A stretch of DNA of 64,000 nucleotides, from contig CAVVMW010000018.1 of NCBI GenBank assembly GCA_963749495.1, positions 96,001-160,000 of the forward strand. The letters run 5' to 3'. Positions 1 through 10,682 of this stretch are shown piece after piece. This DNA comes from an uncultured bacterium (lineage in GTDB: Bacteria; Verrucomicrobiota; Verrucomicrobiia; Limisphaerales; UBA8199). Under the pieces are notes generated by a model. It did no database searches. It was not told where the DNA came from and worked only from the letters and a program-made list of their open reading frames with translations. The translations under genes were made by a program, and so were the position numbers. Numbering within the stretch: the stretch's first letter is position 1; every line of letters starts with the position of its first letter.

Positions 1-330
1 GCGGTCCAGTTGCCCGCCAACTCGCGGACACGCATCCACCGCTTCAGCGCCGGCCGCGCCCGGCTGCTCGCCTTCGAGCGCAACATCGATTACCACATGA
101 GCGAGGAGTTGAAGCAGGCGGGCGGCAATGAGGCGCTCGAGAAACCCGTCGAGCTGGAGGCCGCCCTGCCCCAAGCCGCCCACGTCTATGACCTCCGCAC
201 CCAACAATATCTCGGCCACACCGACCGGATACGTTTCACGCTCGACCCCTGGCAACCGGCCCTCTTTGCCCTTACCCAGGAGAAGCTGCCCGCGGGGTCC
301 ATCGTCGAGGCGCTGTCGGAACAGCAGTAG
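1..330 (+). CDS. 3' end of a hypothetical protein (starts before the window)
   Basis: Open frame from the window edge to TAG at 328-330, with GC3-rich codon usage. Confidence 0.6.
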   Translation, partial: AVQLPANSRTRIHRFSAGRARLLAFERNIDYHMSEELKQAGGNEALEKPVELEAALPQAAHVYDLRTQQYLGHTDRIRFTLDPWQPALFALTQEKLPAGSIVEALSEQQ

Positions 331-961
331 GGCGGCGTTTCAGAAACTGCTTGGCCTTTTTCCGTGTGGCGGGGCGCGGGTTGTGGAGTTGGTTTCGCAC
401 GAAGCGGAGGGCCGGGGCCGGGTCCCGGATGAGGTCAAAGAACTCCCCCAGGGCCAGGACGGCATGGCCGATGGCGACGTTCCGGCACTCGGCAGTCTGG
501 TAGCGGGCCCTGGCCACCTTCAACACCTCGCTGGCTATCCGGTCGGCGAGCTGCGGCTTGGCCCGGGCGACACGCGCCGCGCCCCGGATGACGTTGGCGG
601 CGGTGATCATGACCGGGCCGGGGATCGGGGCAAAATACCGGTCGAAAATGGCGGCGAACCTGTCTTGGGCATCCACGCGGGCCAACTGCGAGAGCACGAA
701 CGCGCCGTGCCACTGGAAGATCTTGTTCTTGTGGTCCAATAAGCGGGCGAAGATGTCGAATTTCGGATAGAGCAACTCGGGGCGCTCCTCGCTGAGAATG
801 CGCAATGCCTTGGCGCAACCGAATTTGCTGCGGGCCGCCTCGGCACCGAGCCCCGCGATGATGCGGTCCAACAAGGAAGGGTTGCGGATGGTCTTGCGCG
901 CGAGCAGCAGCGGGTTGGCAGCCGCCCGCAGAACCGGCGCAAGCGCAGTGGTCGTGGTCAT
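272..961 (-). CDS. Conserved hypothetical protein, HEAT/ARM-like helical
   Basis: 229 aa helical protein with KFGCAKAL...PELLYP and C-terminal RPATRKKA. Confidence 0.65.
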   Translation of the reverse strand: MTTTTALAPVLRAAANPLLLARKTIRNPSLLDRIIAGLGAEAARSKFGCAKALRILSEERPELLYPKFDIFARLLDHKNKIFQWHGAFVLSQLARVDAQDRFAAIFDRYFAPIPGPVMITAANVIRGAARVARAKPQLADRIASEVLKVARARYQTAECRNVAIGHAVLALGEFFDLIRDPAPALRFVRNQLHNPRPATRKKAKQFLKRRPTAVPTAPRRWTPRAASPG

Positions 962-1282
962 GGCGCGAGATTACTCGCCGTCGGTTCGGCCGTAAAGAAC
1001 GCGGTGTCATTCAAGGGCGTCGTGTTGCAGAACCACACCAACCGCTGGGGCTATTTCCTGGGAACGAACCAAACCGGGCAGGTCCTCATCTCCAGCCCGT
1101 AGCCAGGTGGCAGAGGGGCCTTGTTCCATGCCTGAAGGGCCGCCAGCCTAGCCCAGGGCTGAGGCCGGAAGGCCGATGCCCTGGGTAGAGGGTCTTCGAA
1201 ATGAAATGCGCCCTGAAAGAATCCCCCGAACGAATTCGCGCTTTGCGCCCCTGAACCTCAATCTTGCGTTCCCGTCCCGCGT

Positions 1283-1340
1283 AGCGTTTTGGACTGCCGC
1301 AGTCCAAAACCTTCGGACTTGGTGTTGGTTCATGGAGGGG
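1283..1340. repeat. Palindromic repeat family C (AGCGTTTTGGACTGCCGCAGTCCAAAAC)
   Basis: Same hairpin recurs at 29842-30075. Confidence 0.75.
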
Positions 1341-1354
1341 CGCCAGAGTCCTCG

Positions 1355-1625
1355 GTCCCACACATACCGCTCGTCGTATCGTTGACCGTCCCGCCCAGGC
1401 AGGCGCGCAGCAAGCGGTTAGGGATGGGGGACGACTCGCGAATGGCGCAAGCCATCGGGCGAGTCAACCGCGGGGCGGACCTCGGACTGGAGCGGCCCAA
1501 GGAGCAGTTGGAACAGGCACACGGAGATGCCGCGCCGACGGAGATATGAGCAAAAATCAGAATTCAGGGACTTCATAACGACCCCTTCAAAAACCCCTTC
1601 AAAAATCAGAATTCAGGGACCCCTT
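1355..1625. pseudogene. Possible remnants of IS200-like/REP-associated tyrosine transposase genes
   Basis: Minus strand ~1357-1383 encodes YDERYVWD, resembling an IS200-type TnpA C-terminus. Plus strand 1410-1549 encodes KRLGMGDDSRMAQAIGRV, followed by duplicated AAAAATCAGAATTCAGGGAC. Confidence 0.3.
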
Positions 1626-1632
1626 CACTTCA

Positions 1633-1811
1633 CTGAGTCATACCAGCCCAGGGCAAGGCCCGCCGGAGCGTAGCGCAGGCGGGCCGCCGCCCTGGGTCCA
1701 CCGCACATTCTCGATTGCAGGCCAACGGCCTGCTTCATAAGGCTCCTGGAGGTTGAATCGCGCTTTCAGCGCTCCAGATGATTATTGGCCGCCGTTCCCA
1801 GGGCTTTGCCC
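1633..1811. repeat. REP-like palindromic element (family H), truncated by the IS4 insertion
   Basis: Near-identical to the reverse complement of 29376-29599, ending at CCCAGGGCTTTGCCC exactly where the IS end begins. Confidence 0.8.
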
Positions 1812-3200
1812 CATAAGCGTTAACTTGTTTCTATAAACTCATCTTCTAGATCCAATATTACGTCTTCTTGAAACTTCCGCTTCCGCGGCGGATCCGCCAA
1901 ACCAGCCGAGATCTTTTCCCACTGGTCGAGCGTTTCTCGCAGTGAGAGCCAAGGGATTACCGTCTGCAGCACCTGGCGAAACATAAAAACAAACTCTCGC
2001 CAAGGGCTACACCGTCTGGATTGCTTGGACGTCGTACCCCCAGGGGGAAAGGGCGCGCGCGTGCGCCAGGACCTTCTCGGTGAGCAGTGCCACGAACAGC
2101 TTGCCGTAAAGCCAGGCTCTGGCGCTCTCCGGATCCTGCTTGGGCAGGTGGCCTAGTTGGGCGATCTGCTTGAAACGCTTGAAGACCAATTCAATCTGCC
2201 ACCGAAACCGATAATACTCCAAGACCAACCACGCCGGAAACTCCACCTCCGGGAAGGTGCTCAGCACCATCACATACTCGGCGTAAACCAGTGTCTCGGG
2301 CTGCAAGTGCGAACCCTGCTTGCTGGCCTTGCGCCGGAGTTGCTCCTGCGCCAGGGCGATGGCGGCCTTGCTCTTGCGAATCACGCACACCCGCACCGCG
2401 ACTGCGGGCTCCTCCTCCCATGGAACCAAGGCCTTCCATTGGGCTATCTGGCCCGTTCGCTGGAGAGGTTTGAGCCTCTTTAGCAGATCGAAAGGATCGC
2501 CGGCCGGGGTCTGTAGCGCGATCCCATCCGGGTTCAACCGAACCGTGACGTAGCTGTTCCGTTTGGCGGCATAATGAATGCCGCTGGCGTGGCAGTAGCC
2601 CCGGTCCGACAAGGTGTAGTCACCGGCCTCCAGTGGAAATTGCCGCAACGACTCCCCGTTGCCTTCGCCTTCGACCGGGGTGAGTTTGAAGCAGTCGCAC
2701 CGCAGTGCGGGCCACAGCAGGCTATAATGAATTCGCCACTGACTCCCCCTCGGACCGGGCTCTTTGATGAGCGTGCCGTCCACTAAACGCAATGGGTGGG
2801 TGCAGGCAGCGGGCGGTTTTAGGCCACGCTCTTCAAACAGGGCGCGACACAATTCATGGAGCCATTCCGCGCTCTTACGCAGCCGCTTGAACAACGCCAC
2901 CGCCGAGAGGTTGGCCAATCCACCCTGCTTGGCGCGCGTCGCAGTATCGATCAGGGACAGGCCGCAACCAAAGTGCACCATCAACACTCGCAGGTAATTC
3001 TCCTCGCCCTTATCTTGCCGTAGGCCCTTGAGGGCGCGGGTCGTTTTGGCCAAGTGCCTCCAGCCGGGCGGAAAAAAGCTGCAGAGCAATTCCCAATCCT
3101 TTTTCTTCACTTTTGATCATTTCGGACTTGAAACTTGGGCGCAGTTGTGGCCGATTAGTTGGTTCGAGGTCTGTTTGGGCCGGAACCTTGCCGGTCAGAG
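1812..3200 (-). mobile_element. IS4-family insertion sequence (other end not resolved; end coordinate approximate)
   Basis: Terminal CATAAGCGTTAACTT at 1812, DDE transposase, lower GC than flanks. Confidence 0.75.
2007..3110 (-). CDS. IS4-family DDE transposase (DDE_Tnp_1)
   Basis: Motifs LVDGT, LSDRGY and YRFRWQIELVFKRFK (YREK signature). Confidence 0.9.
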   Translation of the reverse strand: MKKKDWELLCSFFPPGWRHLAKTTRALKGLRQDKGEENYLRVLMVHFGCGLSLIDTATRAKQGGLANLSAVALFKRLRKSAEWLHELCRALFEERGLKPPAACTHPLRLVDGTLIKEPGPRGSQWRIHYSLLWPALRCDCFKLTPVEGEGNGESLRQFPLEAGDYTLSDRGYCHASGIHYAAKRNSYVTVRLNPDGIALQTPAGDPFDLLKRLKPLQRTGQIAQWKALVPWEEEPAVAVRVCVIRKSKAAIALAQEQLRRKASKQGSHLQPETLVYAEYVMVLSTFPEVEFPAWLVLEYYRFRWQIELVFKRFKQIAQLGHLPKQDPESARAWLYGKLFVALLTEKVLAHARALSPWGYDVQAIQTV

Positions 3201-3417
3201 ACTGTCAGAGCCCTTACAAGCGGCGTTGAAAAACTGGGCCAGGTGGAGAATAATGTAGGGTGTGTGAGCGTCGATCTTCTGGTTCTGGTGTTTGCAGCAG
3301 TTGAACGCTTGATAAGGACCGGGAAAGTGCCGGTCCGCCCCATTGAGATGAACTGTTGTGGCTGAACGACTTACGGAAATTTCTGAACTAAAACAGACTC
3401 GGCCAGTCTGATTATTT

Positions 3418-5277
3418 ATGCTGAATAGGAAAGAGAACAAGCCGGCCGACGCGGCAGATCCTGCCAGCCAGCACGCGAGCCGGACAGCAGCCGGAAACCA
3501 CCGCCCGCATCGCCGCCGCTTTATTATTTCGTCCAAGGCCCCCGGCGTCTGCCCCGAATCGGCTGGGGCATCCGCTTCCACTCCTTCGGGGCGAGCCGAT
3601 TCCGTTCCTCCGGGGCAGCCGGACCCGGCCCATGCTCCCGAGGCGCCCGCTGCCTTGGCGGCGGGTCTCAACGAGTGCATCAAGACCCTCCTCCACATGG
3701 CCCGCGAGCACGGGCACGTCACTTACGACAACATCAACGATGCGTTGCCGGACGGGCTGTCGTCGCCCGATGACCTGGATGAGGTTTACACCCGGCTGCG
3801 GAGCCTGGATGTCGAGATCCTCGACCACGGCGAGGCAGAACGGGTCAAGCCCCTGGAGCCGGACGAGGACGAAGACCACCGGTTGGAGGTTTTGGACGAC
3901 CCGGTTCGAATGTACATGAATCAGATGGGCAAGGTCCCGTTGCTGACCCGCGAGCAGGAGGTCGAGATCTGCAAGCACATCGAAGATGCCGAATCGGAGA
4001 TGCGGCGGCTGGTCTATAGCCTGGGTTTTGCCGCCAAAGAGCATATAGCCATTGCTGAAAAGCTCCTCTCCGAACCGCCCAAGGAACGCTTTGACCGCGT
4101 GGTGGTGGACAAGAAGGTCTCCAGTCGCGAACGCCATCTGAAGGAGCTGCGCAACCTGATCAAGAAGGTCCGGCAACTGGATGATGAGGTTGACCATTAC
4201 TACAACGCCTGGCAGAGGAGCGCCAACAGCCGGCGCGAAAAGCACTTCATCGAGTTCCGGAAACGCGACCGGAAACTCCAGGAGATGTTCTCCAAATTCT
4301 ATTACAAACAGCGGGTGCTCGAGGACATGATCGTCGTGGCCGGCAACGTCCACGAGAAATTCCAGTCCAGCCTGCGGCGCCTCCAGGAGTTGGAACCGCA
4401 CCGCAAGACGCCCGAGCAGCAGGCCTCTATCAACGGGGAGCGCAGCAGGGTCCTGGCGCTGGAGCAGTTCGTGCGCACGCCCCGCGAGGAGTTCTACCGC
4501 ATCTTCGACCAGTTGCGGCACGCCGCCGAGCGGGCGCACCAGGCCAAGACCCACATGGCCGAGGCCAACCTGCGCCTGGTGGTTTCCGTGGCCAAGAAAT
4601 ACACCAACCGCGGGCAGTCCTTTCTGGACCTCATCCAGGAGGGCAATATCGGGTTGATGAAAGGCGTGGAAAAGTTCGAGTACCGCCGCGGCTACAAGTT
4701 CTCCACTTACGCCATCTGGTGGATTCGCCAGGCCATCACCCGCTCCATTGCCGATCAGGCGCGCACCATCCGCATCCCCGTCCACATGATCGAGATCATG
4801 AACAAGCTGTGGCGGGCGCAGAAGCAATTGACCCAGGAGCTGGGCCGAGAACCGACCCCCGAGGAGATTGCCGATGAAATGCACCTGCCGGTCACGCGCA
4901 TCAATTCGCTGCTCAAGATGGCCCAACAGCCCATCTCCCTCCACGCCCCCGTGGGCGACGACGGCGACGTGAGCGTGGGCGATTTCATCGAGGACAAGAC
5001 CGCCGAGAACCCCTCGGACGTGACCAGCTACAGCCTGCTCAAGGAGAAGCTGGGCGACGTGCTGACCAGCCTGACCGAGCGCGAGCGGAGGATCCTCGAA
5101 ATGCGCTTCGGGCTGGTGGATGGTTACGAGCGCACGCTTGAGGAAATCGGCAAGATGTACAACGTCACCCGCGAGCGCATCCGCCAGATCGAAGCCAAGG
5201 CCCTGCGCAAGCTGCGCCACCCCACCCGCGTCCGCCACCTCCAAGGCTTCCTGGATACCGAGGAAGAGGCCGCCTGA
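3418..5277 (+). CDS. rpoD: RNA polymerase sigma-70 factor, RpoD/SigA type
   Basis: Region 1.1, [53 protein letters not shown]...[14 protein letters not shown]. Confidence 0.95.
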   Translation: MLNRKENKPADAADPASQHASRTAAGNHRPHRRRFIISSKAPGVCPESAGASASTPSGRADSVPPGQPDPAHAPEAPAALAAGLNECIKTLLHMAREHGHVTYDNINDALPDGLSSPDDLDEVYTRLRSLDVEILDHGEAERVKPLEPDEDEDHRLEVLDDPVRMYMNQMGKVPLLTREQEVEICKHIEDAESEMRRLVYSLGFAAKEHIAIAEKLLSEPPKERFDRVVVDKKVSSRERHLKELRNLIKKVRQLDDEVDHYYNAWQRSANSRREKHFIEFRKRDRKLQEMFSKFYYKQRVLEDMIVVAGNVHEKFQSSLRRLQELEPHRKTPEQQASINGERSRVLALEQFVRTPREEFYRIFDQLRHAAERAHQAKTHMAEANLRLVVSVAKKYTNRGQSFLDLIQEGNIGLMKGVEKFEYRRGYKFSTYAIWWIRQAITRSIADQARTIRIPVHMIEIMNKLWRAQKQLTQELGREPTPEEIADEMHLPVTRINSLLKMAQQPISLHAPVGDDGDVSVGDFIEDKTAENPSDVTSYSLLKEKLGDVLTSLTERERRILEMRFGLVDGYERTLEEIGKMYNVTRERIRQIEAKALRKLRHPTRVRHLQGFLDTEEEAA

Positions 5278-5304
5278 GGCCGGCGCACCCGCCCTCCCCG
5301 AGGT

Positions 5305-5517
5305 GCGTCGCGGAGCGACGCAGTGAAGGCAGCCGTGGACCTCGGTCCACGGTTTGGGGCGTGGGGATGGCGTCGCGTCGCGTAGCAACGCCTGACGGTT
5401 CGGGGCTTAGACAGATCGGCGTCCCTCTTCAGGCGTCGCTCCGCAACGCGGGGCGTCCTGGGCACAAGGTCCGTGGACTGAAGTCCACGGCTGCCGTCAG
5501 GCACCGCTACGCGGTGA
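5305..5517. repeat. REP-like multi-hairpin element family A (~200 bp)
   Basis: GCGTCGCGGAGCGACGC...CCGTGGAC/GTCCACGG...CACCGCTACGCGGTG; six copies in the window. Confidence 0.85.
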
Positions 5518-5702
5518 CCGAAGGTCCCGGCACGCGCGGGAGCGGCACCCGGGCCCCCACCGGCTTGCAAAAGGCCCAGGGACGGCTATTCTACTGACGG
5601 CAGGACGCGCCAGCCAGGCAAACCGACGACCGGACCGGCGCCCTGCCATTTGGCGGGCTGTTGCCAAATAGACCAGTGCTAAACCGACAATTCAGGAATC
5701 GT

Positions 5703-6626
5703 ATGATTGCACAGATAGGCAAGCGCATTTTTCTGCTCGTGATGGTGAACATCCTGATCATGGCCACTATCACGGCGATCCTCGCGGTATTGCACGTAGG
5801 CCGTTACTTTCCTCGGGGCGGCCTGGCGGGGCTGGCGGTATTGTGCCTGGTCATGGGGTTCGGAGGGGCTTTCGTTTCCCTGGCGCTGTCGCGCGCGATG
5901 GCCAAATGGTTCATGGGGGTGCAGGTGGTGCCGCCGAATGCCACGGACCCGGGCTTGCAGGAATTGGTCCAGACCGTTCATGGGCTGGCGCGCGCGGCCG
6001 GCCTGCCGCTGCCCGAGGTGGGAATCTATGAATCACCCGAGGTGAACGCCTTTGCCACGGGCCCCACGCAATCCCGCGCCTTGGTGGCCGTCTCGACCGG
6101 GCTGCTGGGGCGGATGCGGGAGCGGGAAATCCAGGGTGTCCTGGGCCATGAGATGACCCATATCGCCAATGGCGACATGGTGACCATGACGCTCCTGCAG
6201 GGGGTCATCAATGCCTTCGTGATGTTCGTGTCTTACGTGCTGGCCTTTGCCCTGAGCCAGGCCATGCGCTCCAAGGATGACGAGCGCGACGGCGGGGGCT
6301 CCTGGCTGTGGCAGTACCTCCTGAGCCAGGTCTTCCAGGTGGTCTTCGGCCTCCTGGGGATGATCGTCATCTGCTGGTTTTCGCGCTGGCGGGAGTTCAG
6401 GGCCGATGCAGGCGGCGCCCGGTTGGCCGGGCGCGGCAACATGATCGATGCCCTGCGGGCCTTGCGGCGGCTCCATGACCCCGCGCTCGCCCTCGCCGAA
6501 GCCAAGCGCGCCCAGGCCTTTCAGTCCCTCAAGATCTCCGGCCCGCGCGGCGGCTTGCTGGCCCTCTTTGCCACCCATCCTCCGCTGGAAGAACGCATTG
6601 CGCGGCTCGAACACGCAACGGTGTAG
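5703..6626 (+). CDS. htpX: Membrane zinc metalloprotease HtpX (M48)
   Basis: PNAFATG-like EVNAFATG, HEMTH zinc motif, SRWREFRAD, FATHPPLEERI. Confidence 0.92.
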   Translation: MIAQIGKRIFLLVMVNILIMATITAILAVLHVGRYFPRGGLAGLAVLCLVMGFGGAFVSLALSRAMAKWFMGVQVVPPNATDPGLQELVQTVHGLARAAGLPLPEVGIYESPEVNAFATGPTQSRALVAVSTGLLGRMREREIQGVLGHEMTHIANGDMVTMTLLQGVINAFVMFVSYVLAFALSQAMRSKDDERDGGGSWLWQYLLSQVFQVVFGLLGMIVICWFSRWREFRADAGGARLAGRGNMIDALRALRRLHDPALALAEAKRAQAFQSLKISGPRGGLLALFATHPPLEERIARLEHATV

Positions 6627-6657
6627 AGTCCACGGTTCAAGGCGTGGGAATCATCGC

Positions 6658-7076
6658 GCGTCGCGTAGCGACGCAGTGAAGGTAGCCGTGGACCGCGGTC
6701 CACGGTTTGGAGCTTGGGAATGCTCGCGCGTCGCGTAGCGACGCCTGACAGCATCGCGGTTTTCAGGCGTCGCTACGCGACGCGGTCGAGCTTGGGCCAT
6801 GGGTCCGTGGACTGGAAGTCCACGGCTACCATCGGGCACCGCTACGCGGTGAGCCGGGAGCAGTGCGTGCGTCGCGGAGCAACGCAGTGAAGGTAGCCGT
6901 GGACCTCGGTCCACGGTTTGGAGCTTGGGAATGCTCGCGCGTCGCGTAGCGACGCCTGACAGCATCGCGGTTTTCAGGCGTCGCTACGCGACGCGGTCGA
7001 GCTTGGGCCATGGGTCCGTGGACTGGAAGTCCACGGCTACCATCGGGCACCGCTACGCGGTGAGCCGGGAGCAGTG
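6658..7076. repeat. Two tandem copies of family A element (~211-bp unit)
   Basis: 6658-6852 and 6869-7063 are nearly identical, each followed by GCCGGGAGCAGTG. Confidence 0.9.
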
Positions 7077-7097
7077 AGGGGTCCGCCCCGTCCCGCC

Positions 7098-9595
7098 TTA
7101 CTGTGCGGCCGCGGCGTGGCCCGCGGTGGCCAGGCTGGACCGCGACAAGACGGACATGTAATCCACCAGGATATGTTCGGTTTCCTCCAGGGCGGCGTCC
7201 ACTGCGGGCGGTGTGTCCTGGTCCAGGGGCGAAGCCGAGTCGTCCTGGAGGTCCGGATCCTGCCGGGTCCCGGTCGAGGTATTGGCGCTGCTGACCGGAG
7301 CGAGGGCCCTGGTGTGGGGGGAGAGCTTGGCCACGGTGTTGGTCGGCGGCGGCAGGCCCGGTTTGTCCACCAGGTCGAGGGTCAATTCATGAACGATCTC
7401 GGGCGGGCTTTTCCGGGCCAGGCGCTCTTTTTCCCGGGCCTTTTCGCGCGCCTCATCCTCCTGTTGCTGCTTGAGCCGCTGCCCTTCGTTGAGCGAGATG
7501 GTCTTGTCGTCCTGGAGCTTCTTGTAAATTTGGATGTCCTCGCGGATGTAGCGGTACTCGGGGTCGGCGGCCTGTCGCTCGGCGGAGTGTTTGCGCAGGT
7601 CGGCCAGGTAGGGCGCGACCAGGTTCAGCCGATCATAATCGGCGCTGGGGATGGGATCGGGCTCGAGCGGGTTTTCGAGCGCGCTTTCGCCGATCAGCTT
7701 GGACTCGCCCAGGACGGAGGGCAGGATGATGTCGGGGATGACGCCGATTTTCTGGGTCGAGGAGCCGCTGGGGCGATAGAATTTCTTGATGGTGATTTTC
7801 ATCGCGCCCGGGTCGTCGGCGGGGGCGGGGCTGTGAGTCAGGTTGGTGTAATAGGCATTGATGGGAAGCAGGCTTTGGACGGTGCCTTTGCCGTGGGTCG
7901 AGGTGTCGCCAACGATCAAGGCGCGTCCATAATCCTGCAATGCGCCGGCGAGGATTTCCGAGGCGGAGGCGCTGAACCGGCTCGTGAGCACGATGAGCGG
8001 CCCCTCATAGTCCACGGACGAATCGGAGGAGTTGTCCTGGTCGATCGAGCCGTCGAAGTTCTTGACCTGGACGACGGGTCCTTTGCGGATGAAGAGGCCG
8101 GTGAGCTTGATGGCTTCGTCGAGGGAGCCGCCGCCGTTGCGGCGCAGGTCCAGGATGACGCCGTGGACGTTTTCCTTCTGGAGCTTGTTGAGCAATCGGC
8201 GGACGTTGACCGAGGTGCTCTTGCCCCCGGCGTGGTCGTGCCGGCCGGTCAGTTCCATGTCGGCGTAGAAGGAAGCGAGGTCGATGACGCCCAAACGCAC
8301 GTTGCCGCCCTGGCCGTTGGGCAGTTCGATGACCTGGGCCTTGGCTTCCTGGTCGTGGATTGTGATCTCGTCGCGCACCAGGGTGAGGCACCGGCGCGAG
8401 GAGCCCTCGGCGCCGGGACGCTCCAACGTGAGCGTCACCTGAGTCCCCTTGGGTCCGCGAATAAGCTGGACCGCCTTGTCCAGGCGCATGTCGATCAGTT
8501 CCACCGGGGGTGAATTGCTCTGGGCGACCGCCACGATGCGGTCGCCTTCCTTGATCTGGTTCTTGGTCGCGTTGCTCTTCTGGCCGGCCCTCCGGGCAAA
8601 ATTTTGTACACGATGCAATAGCCGTCCTCGGAACGCAGCTCGGCGCCGATGCCCTCCAGTTTCAAATTCATTTGGATGGAAAAAGTCACCAACTGCGAGT
8701 GGGTCATGTAGTCGGAGTGCGGGTCATAGACGTGAGCCAGGGTCGTCAAATAGATGCCCAGCACGTCCTCGTCGTTGAGTTCGGCGAAGGCGCGCATCCG
8801 GCGATGGTAGCGGCGGTGGAGGATCTCGACGATTTCCTCGTGCTCGGTCTTGGGCTTGGCGGCCAGCTTGGCGTCCGTGTCGCCGGGGCTGCTGCCCGGG
8901 GCCTCAGCCGGCGGGTTGAGGACCTCTTTGGGAGGAGCCGGTTTGGCGGCAGCATGGGGGCCTTTCTCTTTCTTTTTGGCGCCGGCTTTGACGAGTTTCT
9001 CCTGCAAGTACTCGAAGCGGAGCACGTCCCGCCAAAGCTGCTTCGCCTCGTCGAGCGTCTTGGGATAGGGCTGGTCCTTGCGGTTGATGACCACGCGCTC
9101 GTTGGTGTCAAAGGTAAACTGCTCGTGGTCCAGCAGGTCGTCCACGCAGGCGACGTGCTGTTCGAGCCGCTCCATGAAGCGGTTGAAGATCTCGTCGGCA
9201 GGCGCTGTGTTGGCGTTGGGCCGCAGAGCCAGGAATAGCCGATGGAGATTGGTTCTGTAGTGGTCAAACTCCGCCAAATCGGACTGGACGAAGTGCAAAT
9301 GCTGCGGGTCATAGGTCTCGAGGTAGCGGCCGAAGAAATTCGTCGACACTTTCGTGTTGAAGGTCTTGTGCAGAAACTGGGAATGCTCCAACAACCAGGC
9401 CGTCGTATAGGCGATCTTGCCGTCTTCCGGCCGCGGGCGGACCGGATGAAAGACGTTGGTCCAGGAGTCGGAGTTCTCCGCCCGGGCCGCCTCGGGGGAG
9501 CCGCTCGGGGCAGCAGGTTCTGCGGAAAAGAGCGGCCAGGCCAGGTTGCAACTCAACAGCAGCAACAGAATTCTCATCAAGCAACGATTTATCAT
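7098..9595 (-). CDS. prc: Carboxy-terminal processing protease (Prc/Tsp, S41A); one-base frameshift near 8580
   Basis: DPHSDY, GIGAEL and PDZ domain in one frame; DLRRNGGGSL, SASASEILAGALQDY, THGKGTVQ in the other; signal peptide. Confidence 0.85.
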
Positions 9596-9658
9596 GACGT
9601 TCAATGTGCTAAAGCTTAGCACAGGTTCGACGGTCCGCACCAGCGAATGTTCACTCGC

Positions 9659-9927
9659 GGGTGCGATTGAACGCGTGGGACATGCCCCTCGGGGTTTTGT
9701 CCCGGAGGGACATCTGACAATGGCCCGGCGTTTCAACGCCGGGGAGGCCACGAAAGGGACCCTCCTCCCGAAGGGACGACTGAGAACACTCCGTGCTTTG
9801 AGCCGTCCCTTCGGGACGGACCTGCTCCCTGGGTGCGCTCACCCGGCGTTGAAACGCCGGGCTATTGTCGGAAGCCCCTTCGGGGCAAAAGCTCGCCGTG
9901 GGCTGGCCGACCCTTTTCATCGCACCC
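9659..9927. mobile_element. MITE family B copy 1
   Basis: Terminal inverted repeats GGGTGCGATT.../...CATCGCACCC with internal CCCGGCGTTTCAACGCCGGG hairpins; no target duplication visible. Confidence 0.75.
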
Positions 9928-10000
9928 CTCCGCGGGTCTTGACTGTCGCCCGGATGATGCCGCATCTTCTGGTCCGGACAGGTGCGACAGGTGATCTGAC

Positions 10001-10571
10001 GTGCAGCAGCCATTTCAATCTCGAGCCGTGCGTTTGCGGCGGGCGGGGGCCGGCCTGGTCGTCGTGGACATCCAGGAACGGCTCCTGCCCTCGATCTACG
10101 AGAAGGAGCGGGTGACCCAAAATGCGGCGCGCCTGGCCAGGGGCGCCGCCGTCCTGGGCATCCCGGTGCTCGCCACCGAGCAATACCGCAAGGGGCTGGG
10201 GGCCACGGTTTCGGAGGTGGCGTCCGCCATCGAAGGCTTCGCGCCAATCGAGAAAGTGGCCTTTAGCGCCTGCGGCGCGGAGGGCTTTATGACGGCGCTT
10301 GGGGACAAGCAGATGTCGAGCGTCCTGCTCTGCGGCATCGAGAGCCACGTGTGCGTCGCCCAGACCTGCCTGGATCTGCTCGAGGCATGGCCTTTGCGTC
10401 TTCGTGGCGGCAGACGCGGTCTCCTCGCGCACGGCCCAAAACTACCGCCTGGGCCTGGACCGGGTCCGGGACGCCGGGGCGGTTATCGTCTCGACGGAAA
10501 TGGCCCTCTTCGAATGGCTCGGCCAGGCCGGCACCGAAGAATTCCGCCGCATCCTGCCCCTGGTCCGGTGA
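10001..10571 (+). CDS. Isochorismatase-family hydrolase; frameshift near 10385
   Basis: VVDIQERL, TEQYRKGLG, KVAFSA, GIESHVCVAQT; second frame VAADAVSSR...STEMALFEW. Confidence 0.85.
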
Positions 10572-10682
10572 CTCAAAGTACACTACACACCACACGCGGC
10601 GCTTGCAATCTGCGGGCAGCCGTTCCATGCTGCTTGAGCAGTATTTGCAGGGCGCACTGCGATTAGCGCCTGACGTAACGTA

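Noticed and set aside
3295..3315. AGTTGAACGCTTGAT as the second IS4 inverted repeat
   Set aside because: It needs two gaps to align, and no target duplication or resumed REP sequence follows.
3412..5388. Long antisense ORFs (also 12552-13790, 20063-22201, 26924-29182)
   Set aside because: Shadows of real high-GC3 genes on the opposite strand, with no recognisable motifs.
6521..7050. Recurring short ORFs such as MLSGVATRR and MPDGSRGLPVHG as a peptide family
   Set aside because: They are translations of the family A repeat.
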